A DNA stretch of 63,778 nucleotides, the filler included, from Choristocarpus tenellus KU-1152 (Eukaryota; Protista; Phaeophyceae), in the NCBI GenBank assembly GCA_964200185.2. It is 9 parts of 9 records of this genome, joined end to end, with 100 filler letters (N's around TTAATTAATTAA, not from the genome) between each part and the next. Parts side by side here need not be neighbours in the genome. Positions count along the whole stretch, not along the records: positions 34,075 to 41,558 come from CAXNAD020006084.1; positions 41,659 to 44,166 come from CAXNAD020027222.1; positions 44,267 to 56,689 come from CAXNAD020001843.1; 6 more parts are not named here. One strand, 5' to 3'. This document shows positions 37,561 to 50,900 of the stretch, in pieces. A program made the translations under genes and the position numbers. The notes under the pieces were generated by a model. That model was not told the DNA's origin. It worked only from the letters and a program-made list of their open reading frames with translations, and made no database searches. Positions within the stretch are counted from its first letter, which is position 1; each line of letters begins with the position of its first letter.

Positions 37561-40500
37561 TTCATACATACATATAGATATTCAAACGTTCCATTTGTGG
37601 TTCACATTACTTCCTCTTGTAGGGTTAAGGAAGTATTTAAAATAATTAGAGTCAAAGAATCCTAGGTGGCGAATTTTGTTATTAAATGGCTTTTAAATCC
37701 GATGCCTGAACCTCCATTTCTATAGCCCAAATCCAGACAAACCACATCAGGTGTCCGTGCATTTTAGAAAAACAGACTCTATCGATGGATATTCTGTCCT
37801 TGGATTTGAGGATGTAGGAACATAAAGGTGCGAGTTAGAAAACAATAACAGTACCCTTCTAAATTTTTTCCCATTGTGTGTCAGGAAGACAGGCGCAAGT
37901 TAGACACAACCTCGGCAGGTGCATGATAGCCAAGGGGAACTCGAACTTTGTAGGTATTGGGTAGGGGTGCATTAATTGAGACATTTATTTGTCTCACCAA
38001 TAAAGTGCGAGTGGTGAGACCTTCACAGTAGCAGGTACTCATGGCTCTGCCTTGCGCCGCAATTTGTAGAGGATTTATCAGTGCTTTGTACTTCAACATG
38101 CTCTCCACAGATGTATACAGTATTGCATCTATTTATTCTTATTGATCGAACCACAACAGTCTGTCGTTACTCAAAGGCAAAAACAAGTATGCCAACAGTC
38201 TTCGACATCCAAGTAGAAGTAGATGACATGTCTTGTGCCATAAAAGTGAGCTATTTCATGATTGGCACCATCAATCAGGGTATAAGATATCCCTTTACTC
38301 GTGGCTAGCATATTTGATACATCACACAGAGGGGGAGAGAGAGAAAAACTTCAATCCCTCTGTAGCTGATTAAGTGTTTCTCTGACACTTCAAGGCCAAA
38401 TACATCCACCTGAGCTCAAGACACACACACAAAGATTAAGAATCATATTCCTCCTCAGCTCCAAGGATAGGTGGTTGAAAGAGGAAATTTCGGGTAAGAA
38501 ATAGTGTACAGTTCAACAATCCACATTCTTGACTCTGCAGTCCTCACCTACACATCAAGTTGTCTCCCTCCTTCTACCCTTGTGAGGGGTAAGATATTGT
38601 GTGTCAAAATAGGGCAGTTAGGCACTATGCTCTCTGCAGGGTCTACCTAAGGTATCCAGGCAAAAAACACATTGCTTTCTAGCGTATTAAACAGACTTCG
38701 TGCAGTCAGGTCAAGAACTGGGAGATGAGCAACTTGGAGTTTCTTCTGGAATATTCCGAGGAGCTGGAGCATCAACTATCTTCTTGCCTTGTCGTACAAG
38801 TCAACAAAGTATTCTTTGCATAAGTATCACTAGAGATGAACTAGAGAGATACCCTGTGCCAAATTAGCACATTCCTTCACAATTTCTTGGTACTCTGAGC
38901 ATCAGTGATCAACAAATCTCCAAAAGCACAACTCTTATCTAGCACAACTTGAATCTCCAACACACGCCATTCATTGTTGGATATCATCACACAGTCTAAT
39001 CTATAGTTGAAGTAGCATCCTATCTTCCTCCTCTCCCCCTCAAAACCTCCTGGATGCCCTCGAGGAAGTAGAAATTACCGGAATTCATTGGTCAATACCT
39101 CCATAATACAGGATAGACGCTATCTTATTGAGAAGGAGATCTTCCCTCCTGTCCATCATACAACAGGGGAAACACCTATGAGGGATTCTTTTTGGATGGG
39201 GGCAGGTCTGGTCCAGGAACCATGTGGCGAGGAAACGTAAAGAGCGTCTATGACCCACGTACAGGACGAAACAGCTTGAGGTCCAACCGGCTTTACAGGG
39301 GCCTGTGGAGGGCAAGTACTCTCCGACCAGGCAGTATGGTGAGCTAGGCGGGGACCTTTGAGCGAGGAATACAGGGTGAATTGCTTTTGTTCATCATTTA
39401 TTTAATCCTGTACACATTGCAGAAAAGACTGTGCCCTCACATGAGCACTCAAGATTCAAAGCTATGTTTGAAACACAAGCAAGATTATTCAATATACCCT
39501 ACTCAGGTGACTATGGCATGACCCTTGACCTATCCTTAACCCACCTATTGATGTACTAGTCCTGCCTGAACAAGCGCTCTATTAATCCACCAAACAAGTA
39601 TGATAAGTTCTTAGTAACATCCGATTGCAAGGCCTCTTCATGCCAGCAATACCAATGACACCTTCTCACAATGCATTCCCCTATGTACGGTATACCTGCT
39701 GCTACTTCAATCCCATCTATTTGTTCCACCACATTTTGATTGCATCCAACCAAGTCATGTGGAGCATAGTATATTCCGAGTAGTTGCAAGGACTAGCTAA
39801 GCATTTAAAATCTCTACATGGATACAAAGAACTTAAAAGTTCAACAAAAAGTGTTTGGTTCCTAGCACGAGATACTTCCATTTGAACACACATGTTGCAT
39901 GCTTACACTTGAAATGAAGATGACATTGACCAAGACTGGAGATATTCACTGCGTGGGTTCAAGCCTGAGCAGCCCTTACAGTCGAACACTTCATCGAATG
40001 AAGCATAAAGAGGGAGAGGTAAGCCCCACCCAGTAGTAAACATGGAGTGCCACTCCAAAAAAGTTGATCAATCGGTGCTTGACAAAATGACTGTTGATAT
40101 GTGACCAAAACATAAGTGTAGAGCCCTATTCAAATCATGAAAAGGCAACCTTATTCTCCTGCCACTCATCAATATAAAAAAACAATTTAGAAGAGATTGT
40201 GCAGATCCAGGACTGGATCACGGGATAATGTATTGCTTTACCCCTTACTTTCTGACATTTATTTGAGTTGAGATTGGACTTTGACACTCCAGTGAGGGAA
40301 TAACACCCTATTCTGACCCATGTACAAAAGGTTAAATCTACTACCAAGTCAACATGTTTAAATGTAGTACAATGCAAGGACAATGACACAACCAAAAGAT
40401 GAGCTCATCCACTTTCTGGGTATCACATGTTCCTTCGAAAATGCAATTCGTGTCCAAAACGTGAATTGAGGTTGTTTACGTACATGTGAAGTTATTCTCA

Positions 40501-40599
40501 AAACACCCGGGTGGTAGCCCAGCAGCCTGTAAACCTGCACCTGTGTAGTTCGATGCACTTTAGATCTACCGTCTCCAGTGTCCAAAACAGTACTTTCCA

Positions 40600-41558
40600 T
40601 CACGTCCCAGGTCAATGTCTCTCCCTGTCAAATGGGTTACGCAGTCGGTATGATGATCAATCTGTTTCGCTCGAGCAATGAGTGAAAGTATCTTCGAGGG
40701 TACGAGTTTTACCCTGTTTGTCCATTTGGGGCTTGGCATCCCATGGGGTTTCTAATGACATTTTTCTACTCCAAAGTGTTTCGGAGTAGGTAAAATGTAT
40801 ACGTTACGAGAAGGTGTGTCCGGAACAAGGATATTGACACCTCCTATCAAATAAGATAGACAAAATTACGTCAAAATCGCAACATTGGATTTTGGTCCCC
40901 AAATGGACGCGGCCCTACCCTCTAAGATACTTTGGCTCCCATGACTTACACAAGTGCTGTTACTCTCAATTCTCGTCGCGGACAGGTTCCTCGTACTGAA
41001 CTTGAGCAATCACAACGTGAATGCCAAAGGCTACGTACAGAGGTGGAACGTCACCGAGCAGGGGAAGCAAACCTTAACAGGACCCCAGCTCGGTCGTCGG
41101 CGGGTCCACCTCCCTCAGCCGTGCACTTTGACAAGCCAACACGACCCCAAGACACGTCGCAGTACTCAGCCTCACCATCCAGTTCGACGTACCCTATGGA
41201 TCAACAAAATAGTGTGTGCCAGTACCCGGGTTGTCAGGCAGCGACTCGTGAGGGTCACACAACTCAGTCGTGCCTAGACAATCCGCGAGGTGCTCGGAAC
41301 CCATACTTGCGTCGTAGAGGCAGGGGTCGTGGCAGACGTGTTCGTCTTCGTGAGGACAGTGAGTCAATACCTGGCCATTATGGTCCGCGTCCCTAGGGAT
41401 GCCCAGGTGGATTTGACTCCTGTCCACTTGGGAACAGCCATGGTGTCGTTGTTGACACTATCGTAGGGAGTGGCAAGCGTCAGAGGTTGACGCCAGTCGT
41501 ACCTCTTGCCCCGCAGGCATCGTTTATTGCCTGCACGCGTGTCACTAAGCATTTTTCT
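40600..41558 (+). mobile_element. LTR-retrotransposon gag-like fragment with an atypical zinc knuckle
   Basis: NGLRSRYDDQSVSLEQ (before the MITE) joins in frame to SMTYTSAV.., a coiled coil, and CQYPGCQAATREGHTTQSC (C-x4-C-x7-H-x4-C), followed by an RGRGRG tract. Confidence 0.55.
40680..40938 (-). mobile_element. MITE family A inserted in a gag-like relic
   Basis: GAGTGAAAGTATCTTCGAGGGTAC ... TACCCTCTAAGATACTTTGGCTC with caat/ccat flanks. Confidence 0.9.
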
Positions 41559-42182
41559 NNNNNNNNNNNNNNNNNNNNNNNNNNNNNNNNNNNNNNNNNN
41601 NNTTAATTAATTAANNNNNNNNNNNNNNNNNNNNNNNNNNNNNNNNNNNNNNNNNNNNAAAAAAGAGTGAGGGAGGAGGGGAATGAGGGAGGGGGGGGGA
41701 GGGGGGGTAGGGGGGGGAGGGGGGAGGGGGGGGGAGGGGGGAAAGAAGGAAGGAATGAAAAAATATCAACAAAGAAAACACCTTAGATTTTATTCTATAT
41801 TATCCACATCAAACCCTAACCCTAACCCTATTGCTTATTTCAGACCCTCGCACTACACCCTTACCATTTAAAATAAACTAAAAGAAAATACAGATAGATG
41901 GTATGATATCATTTACACCTAAGTACTGATATTATTATTATTAATAATAATCCTCCACTAACACTCAAAGAAAGAAAAAAGAAACATAACTATTAACATA
42001 CAAAAAAACACTCTATACTTTAACCCTAACCCTAACCCTCCAACCAACACAACAACAATAATATAATAATAATAATTTTTCAACAAAAAAAAGTTGAAAG
42101 AAGAAGCTCAATCCAGACACAAACCAACCTCCCCAGCCACCAAAGAAAGTCCCTCCTTCAGGTCCATACCAAACCCTCACAG

Positions 42183-42385
42183 ATCTACACCGTTAAAAGA
42201 ACAATCTACACCGTTAAAAGAACAATCTACACCGTTAAAAGAACAATCTACACCGTTAAAAAGAACAATCTACACCGTTAAAAGAACAATCTACACCGTT
42301 AAAAGAACAATCTACACCGTTAAAAGAACAATCTACACCGTTAAAAAGAACAATCTACACCGTTAAAAAGAACAATCTACACCGT
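42183..42385. repeat. 21-22-bp minisatellite, 10 copies
   Basis: atctacaccgttaaaa(a)gaaca repeated head-to-tail with no spacers. Confidence 0.95.
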
Positions 42386-45300
42386 GGTACCCCCCAACAG
42401 GCAACAGTACTACAAAAAATATATTATTTTTCTCATTAATATATTTTTTATTTGGGATCCAAGTCTCTTTCAAGAAAAGAATCATTGTTTGGGATCGCCG
42501 AAAGTCCCTCAACTTCAACTTCAACTTCCAAAACCCAAAATGAAACAGCATATGTATATACCCCTTCATCAAAAACACAACAGGACTCAGGACTCAGGAC
42601 CCAGGACTCAATAATACAAGTAATACAAGGCCACTTCCTTCCCACCTCGGGCATTCCTTCCAACACAACACCCCCAAAACCCTTCTTATCCTTACAAACA
42701 ACCCTCCTCCCACAGCACCCAAAAGCCTTCAATTCAAGGCACCTACCAAACCCTACCCTGCCAATACCAACCCTAACCCTAACCCTAAGAGGATGATACC
42801 TGAACGAAATCCATACCAATACCAACTACAATAACCAATACAAAAAAAAAGAAAAACGATAGTCCACAGACAATCTACTTGTAATAAAATTAAATATCAT
42901 AAAATAAATAATATGTAACATAACATGAGTCTTCGCACTATATGCTTGAAAAAAATAAATAATACAGTATAATGTAAGACTAGAGTCCACACTCTACATG
43001 TAAAATCAAATCAAATCATATAATATAAAAAATAATAATATGGGTGCGTGCAACTCCTCCTGCGAGCAGAACGCTCGAGATCAAATCGGATCAGAACACC
43101 CAACAAATGAGAACACTTGACAGACAGCATCTCACACTAGATCTCACAGGAGACAACAGCCACCCCCAACTAAGGATAACTGGATCCCAAACAAAAAAAA
43201 ACATTTCATAACTAACTGGAACAATTGATTGTACACTGAACAGAGGCCAGACCAATGACTTACTGATGCCCAAGGCAATAACTCTTTACCAGGGATGGAC
43301 ATCCCATCCAAAGTGAGCTGGTCTCTCTCTTTGTCTCTCTCTATCTACATGGGTGTGTCTCTACCTGCTATCCAACTCTCTCTCTCTCACTTTTTTTTTT
43401 TTATTATTACTACCAAACAGTAAAAAAAAATACACAAAAATAATCCCAACCCTATAATAACCCTAACCTGTAAAAATCTCTGACACTAGAAAACAGCAAA
43501 TATTACAAAACAAAACAAAATAAAATTACAGCAATAACAGTAACAAGTCACCCCATTCACTGCAATCACTACACCAACAACATTACACAAAATCACCTGT
43601 ATGAAGAGTCAATCAATGCCATCACCAATATCAAGAAAAATAAATAAAAATACGTATGCTCATAGATGCAAAAAATATATATAATTTGCCCTAAACCTAA
43701 CCCTAACCCCCTAATCCAATCAAATAAAAACACAAACAGCACCACCCAAAAACCCAACAAATTACCTTATAAACACAGTAACAACCCTAACCCTAACCCT
43801 AACCTCACACCACAAAAAAACACAAACCTAACCCAACAGCTAAAAACCAACCCTAACTCTTCATCACTAAATAACAACCCCAACCATGAAGACACAAAAA
43901 AACCCAAAAAATATTTTAAAAAAAACAAACCTAAACCTAAACCTAACCCTAACCATACCCATAACAAAATAAATAAAACGACCCCCCAACCCTCACCGGT
44001 CAAAATAAACTATACCCCTCACCGGTCACGAGAGATGTCCCGCGCTGCTCCCCTCAACGGAGGCGGCGCTCCCCTCATCTCCCCCCCCCCCCCCCCCCAC
44101 ACACCCCCCCCACACACCCCCCCACCCCACCCCCCCGGCAGGAAACAGCACGGCACCCCCCCCCCCNNNNNNNNNNNNNNNNNNNNNNNNNNNNNNNNNN
44201 NNNNNNNNNNTTAATTAATTAANNNNNNNNNNNNNNNNNNNNNNNNNNNNNNNNNNNNNNNNNNNNCCCCATCCCTATACAACACACCTCCCCAGAATGC
44301 CCCGCTAAAGATTTGTCACTCTTTCACATGAAGTTTCCTGGTTATTTACCGTTTCCACAGGCACCTAAGACAGATATTTTCCTGCTGTGATTGGCGAAGA
44401 GCCTGCCCTACAAAGGGGGGCCTACACGTTACAGCTTACTGTATACAGGAGGGATGCATGGAGTGTAGTATGTGGTGCATTTATGTGCATGTTAGATTCT
44501 GTGAACAAGGGCAATGCTGCTATGTCATGGGTCACTCTCTGAAGTTGAGGGTGTAGGGGAGGTTGTTTGGTAGAAGCATCCTATTGACTCATTGTAAAAT
44601 ATAGTTAGGGGTAGCTCCATTGAGGTATTTTGTTTATTTTTGTACCATATGCTCCGTTCGTTTTGTAAACGTGAAAAATTTGTTGATCCAGTTTGTTATG
44701 GTTGACTATAATAGAGGGGCAGACTCAGTTTTTACCACGGCTCTACTGTTGATGGGAACTGGGTGCTGTTATATTCTGACCATGGTCCTGCTGCCTTTAA
44801 TACTGTTTGCAGAGTGCCACTGTGGAAGGACCAACAATGGAGATATGATTGTGTGACTTTTGAGTCACATTGGTTGTGCCTTTAAACCTGATGTTTACAA
44901 TGTGTAACTTTGTATGCCAAGAATTGATGGTGAATTGATGAGCTTGTACTTACAACCGAGCAAGGACAAAATGAGAGGAGAAACACTTTTGTCATGCTTG
45001 TTTTTACAGTGACACAAATAGTGTGACACTGTACTTTGTTTTTGTTCTCCTGTTTTTATCACACAGCATGCTTTGGTGGCCCCTTGGCAAGCATGAGTTA
45101 AGTAGCTCATGTCTCGAAGGGTTGGCTGGAAAGGAAGGAGTAGGTGATACGAGGAGTGCATCTGTGTGTATGTATTGTGTAGGTATGTATGTGTACATGC
45201 CTAATTGATGTTGAAGTCAACGTCATCAACAGACTGTTACTCCTGTGTGAAACCTCAGCATTTGATGGTTGAGATATATTTGTCTGGTGTAGCCAGATGG

Positions 45301-46117
45301 ACAGTGTGCTTCGATTTCAGAGTTGCGTATTACAATCATGACCACTGGCCGGATGGTCTTCAAGGTTATTGCACACTGCAGTTTCCATTCCCTGAATTGC
45401 AACAGTTCTTTTTGTATGTGTTTGTGTCCAGCGATTTCAAAGTTTGTGAGGTGTCTTCACTGGACTGCATACATTGTGCTATGTGTGTGCAAGAGTCAGG
45501 GGTAGTAAATAGTTTCGTTGTGCTTCAAAAAATACTTCGGAATAGATAATATTATTTTTTTTCTCACTATTAATTACACAGTATTGTCGAGTTTTCCTTG
45601 GAAGTATTGAACAAATTTAGTGTATGTTACTGCAACCTAATGTATTGAGGCACTACTGCACATTCAACATTTCTCGTAGTCACCAGTTGAAACTCCACTT
45701 GAGAAGGAGTCTGAGGTTTGAGTTCCAGAATCAGTGGTGTAAAGGTCTTCACAGCTGGAAGGTCACTGTTCCTTGTTGAGGTGACATTTGAAGGATTAGT
45801 TGACCTGAATCAAGCGAATGTGACAGTCCTTGCAATACTGGTTGTGGAGAGTGTGTGTGGTATATTATTACAGTGAAAAGGAAGAAGTGTGTCAATAAGA
45901 TGGGTTGTTTGATGCATAATACAGAAACCATCATAATAATTTGGTTTGACATCTCTGGGGAAGGGCATTCTTAGAAGGAATCGTAAGGAGGAATATCACA
46001 CACTGCCAGCAGTACTATTTTGTAAATACTACTCTATTATAGAGGTAGGCAACAAATTAATTTGAGAGGTATGGGTGTACCAAAGTTAGTGCATGAATGG
46101 TGGGGCAACAACACTGG

Positions 46118-46231
46118 AAACAGCCGATTTCAAAAATTGAGGATGGGCTTGACCCAAAATTGACTGGGATAAAGTGTCGATATGTTTTTTTCTTAATGTA
46201 AAAAATCCTCAATTTTTGAAATCGGCTGTTT
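46118..46231. repeat. Perfect 27-bp inverted repeat (mini-MITE or hairpin)
   Basis: aaacagccgatttcaaaaattgaggat (46118-46144) / atcctcaatttttgaaatcggctgttt (46205-46231). Confidence 0.9.
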
Positions 46232-47928
46232 GTAATAGTGACGCGTTGAAGGTTTAGCAAAGGCAGAATAACGAGATGGTAAGAGTGGTTTCGTAAGCCC
46301 TGAATGACATGCTACGGAAAAAGAGATGAACAGCCAGGGCAAGGAGCACAGTGGGGATGGAGAGCTTAAAATAATAACTGTAACGGCTCAAAGAATGCGA
46401 TTCTAAACTGGAAGAATACATTCACGTGGTAACGGGTTGTGATTGTTATTCACTCAGTAATGAATTATTTGACGTCACTGGAATATGATGTTGCACAGCT
46501 CTCTCACTGGCACATATTCCCATTGAAGAGTGGTGTCTTGTTGTGAGGTGAGGAATAAGCAGCCTTTCTCTCCTCCGCACCACTCACAACAAGCAACAAT
46601 AACAGTGCACTGCAATGTGCAACATCTTGAAGATCAAGATACGCATTTTAGAAGGTATCACCTCTAACATGCAGGACAGCTACCAACTTATAAACCAAGG
46701 TGACAAATATGAGACTTTGATGTTGGTGAAACAGTATGTAAGAGACAACAATGATGGTATGGAGTATGGGATATATACCATCAGTACATTGACAGGATAA
46801 CTTGTAACAACACACCGACCCACCAATCCTTTTACCTGGTTGAAGGAAATCTCCGATTTGGACTCAAATTCATCGCCCCAACTATTTTTGGCTACTAGTA
46901 GTAGATTTGGTAATGTTACAACCACATACTACATCATTGGGTGTTCACCAAGACACAAGTGTAAACAATGATTCTAATACTGTACAAAATTAAAGGGGAG
47001 AACTAAACAAAGAGCTGTCAAGAGAAGAGAGGAGTATGTTTCTCCAGGAAAAGGCACTTCAGCTGTCCCTATGATAGTACCCCATTATTATTTGTTTGGA
47101 GAAATGAAGGTCAACTGGACTAAAGGTGTCAGGTGATGGCTACCTTGACTCTTTGCTGCCCGCTAGTGAGTTTTGACTTGCCTTCCACCCTTTACCGGAT
47201 CAATGCTTCCATATATTTGATTGATGGATTTTTTTTAACAAACTCAATGAGCACCAGGAAACCATTTGCGCCTCATGATTCCGAAGGTTGCAGGTTTGCA
47301 GTTCGCAGAGTTATGCTTTTGATGTGAGTGTTTTGGTTTGATGGAGTGGATCGCATCACACAAATTTTATAGAACGTACATGTAAAATTGTGTTGGGGTT
47401 CCGTAAGTATGTTCCCAGCCGTTGAGACTCACCAAAAACTCTTATCTCCCAGCCGGACGGTCGAGATATCTCAACTGAGACCCGTCACCTGACATTTTCG
47501 AACTGAACCAAACACAGGTTGACTTCTACACTTATACAACTACATTAGATGGTGTCACAAACGAAAACATGTATGTACATAGCGACATCAACCAGTCAAA
47601 AAATAACCCACACACCCACACACACACACACCAAACATCACAAGTACACATAAATGATAAAAACTGTCTGGAGTGATACCAAGGCAATCTCACAAATAAT
47701 GCCACAACATACTGCTGACACGACCCAGTTATGCTGGAGGACTAAAACAAAGAGCATTAACCAACAGGAGAGAGTCCACAAAAAAAAAAAACACGAGGTT
47801 CCTACGACCTCTACTTGTCACCACTGTTTTGACTGCTTGAACAACAGTGCATAGCATTGAAAGTCTGACCAAAAGAGACAAGCGAGGCAGGAGATGCACA
47901 TCACACCCTGACCTACCCTATCTATTCA

Positions 47929-50900
47929 TCACACACCAGCAGAGAAGATTATTCTACTGTATCCGCTACGCCTACCCAATCGGTACGAAATAGTCGCCAC
48001 AGTTCCCATCAAACCCGCCACAGTCAATGCAACAATCCAAAGATTAGTTGGAGGCATTGACCACACGGCATAAACACCCACAAGATCCTCTGTTTCGGTC
48101 TCCTCCACATCCACATCCACTACCACAACTTCATCTAACCTATGCATCGCCTTCGGGTGATTCATAGCACTAAAACCAGCCAAATCATTCCCACACCCGA
48201 TCCCCTCCTCCACAACTCCTTCTCCCCCATTGTACAGCGCCAATGGGTTACCATCTCGGTCCCTCCACGGTACCCATGCCCCAAAATTTGCGGGGTCTGC
48301 TAAGGGCCCATCATCTTCCCAGCGGAATGTGGTATCCATAGCTTCGTTCTGTGCTGCATTCAACAAGGCCTCCATTTGTCGCCGTTCTTTCTCCAACGAT
48401 GGGCTGTTGTAGAGATTGGAACACCTCTCAGGGAGAATACAGTTTCCAGTGGTATCCTCTGAAGGGTTGGCCTCTAGGTCAAAGAGGAACATGTGACCCT
48501 CCGAAAGGTGCACACGTTGGAGTGTCTGGGCTGTGATGTTGGTGAGGACAGCCTGTAGGTGGTGAGCGCGGCGAGATAAGGGGCACTGGATGAGGCCAAC
48601 AAAATACCCGTATGAGCATGCATGCACACAGCTTGGTTGTGAATAAGCAAAAAATATATAAATTACTTGCCATACAGCTCTACACCACAGCCCGAGTAGC
48701 ACATGTAGGGTGCAAACGAAACTGTGTGCATGGAACACCTGACGCACATGAGAGGCGTTTCATTTTCATTTTCATTTCATTCCTAACCCTACTGTCTTCT
48801 TGTCACCAATAGTGGCAAACCATGGAGGCATAATCTCTCTTGTACATCTACCAACCGCTCCAATAGGTCACACACTAAATCCGTTCCCCGCCAACAGCGC
48901 GCACTGATGAGGCCTGCACCGCAAGCGAACCATGTAACTGCCAAAGTAAAATATGGTGCACTCCACCCAGACAGGCATTTTTCACTTACAAAGGAGAAAA
49001 CAAGACCACCAACAGTGCTGTCATGGTGACAACGCCATTACTTGTGGTTATTGTAACTTTACTACAATTGTGATGCAGGTCACATCTACACTAATTTACA
49101 GGTAATCACCAGACCACGTGAGTTTTTTTTTTGTTCTCACATGTTGACATGTTGACAGTTCTCGACGCATGGAGAACAAAAGAGATCGTGTCCAAAAATT
49201 GAGCAGTTGCAACGGGATGACAAAGATGTGTACGGGCTAGCGGGGTTGTCTGTTGAGATGCTTTTAAACAGGGGTTCTTTTCAAATGCCCAACCACCGAA
49301 ACACAGACCATATATTTTGTGAACTCAAATTAAAAAAAAAAATCATGTAAAAAAAAAAAGAAGAGGAGCAGCAGACTCCCCCCACAAACCATGATTACAG
49401 AAAGAGAGGCACTGGCAACCATGACGCACAAACTATACTTCACTTTAATAACAGTACCAGTACCAGAAAAGATCAACAAACAGTCACACACACACACACA
49501 CACACAAACCAGATCACAAACCCTGAACACCCCACACCCTATTTCAACCAACGAAAATCACAAAACCCCAAATATGCCTCTCGTATTCCACCAACAAACA
49601 CTTCACCTCTCCACAACATGTACCAAAGTACAACACAATTAGTTTTCCTGAAGCCACGATCCCAACTTACCTCCGATACACTGAGTACCTCCTCAGCAAG
49701 CGCCAAACGAACTCTCGCATACACCAACGCCTCCGAAGGCTCGGGGTTGCGAATAAGCTTGTAGTTCCCAAGGCGCACAGCAGAACTACTCCCAAAGTTC
49801 TGACTGTTGATATTGATCACTACCGATTCCCGAGCTGGCTCTCCAGTCGCAACCAGGGAGTCCCAGAGGTCGACGCCATCAAGCCCATCAAAAGACCCCG
49901 AAGGGCTGCCGGCCAGGGCCAGAGCTGTGGCATGAACATCTGTGATGTGAGTGAGATGAGTGTACTCATAAGGAGCCATCCCTTTTGATTCCAGGGCAGC
50001 AGTCACGTAGCCCCCAGATATGAATGCAGGCACTCGAACCTTGATTTTTTTTTATCAGAGGGAAAAGGCATGGAAGATGCTAGGGATTCAGGGAGTGGAG
50101 TGGAGGGATGGAGAACGCTACGCATGGTGAACTAAGTCAGTTGCAGTAGTTGCCATTATGTCCATCATGTCAAAAAAATATGGCAAGTGGTACTGTCTGT
50201 TCCCACCCTCATCTTCTTCCCATAGGTCCCTCAACAGGATAGCGTCGGTGGACCAATACAACAAGAGCTTTTTTACCCCATCATCCACCAGCAGTTCCTT
50301 AACTCTTTCTATCACACAGCGGTTACACTTGAAAGACGAGACTACAGGACATGATTGAAAGTACCACGATGCATCAGATCGATCCCCATATATAACCATA
50401 CAGACAAAAAATACTTGAAACAGATAGCTGAAACACCTGCACACACACACACACACACATGCACAAACATACACCCCTCCCTCCCCAATGGAGTCTAGGA
50501 GTAGAGAAATGGACAGTGTGCTACAGAGCACTACTGGGCAGCAAGGCTGAGACGTATTGCCTTTTCGGCGTGATCCTCGACTCAATCAATGGGACCCAGA
50601 GATGTAAATGGCATCATGGTTTTAGTCAGCAGTAAGGTATGACTGTAAAAAGAAACTGTCAACAAGGGGATGATGAATTTAGCAAATACTGTGATGAAAC
50701 TCACACTGTCAAACCCACCAATCCCCCTATATATAATTGGTCACGATCTCCTATTTCTCAGGGAATGTTTCAGGCCCCCTAATTCCATGCCTGCAGGGAA
50801 CCATTCCATCAGCCAATAATAACACCCCCCTACTGCACATGCCAACTTTCAATATAGCCATGAACGACCTCCTAAAAGAGATCTCCCCCCATAGACAACA

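Noticed and set aside
39245-39275. Hammerhead ribozyme-like cores (ctatga..cgaaac here; ctgatga..gaac at ~48904)
   Set aside because: Each lacks an essential core base and has no convincing stems I and III.
42183-42385. CRISPR array
   Set aside because: Units are contiguous with no unique spacers, there are no cas genes, and the context is eukaryotic.
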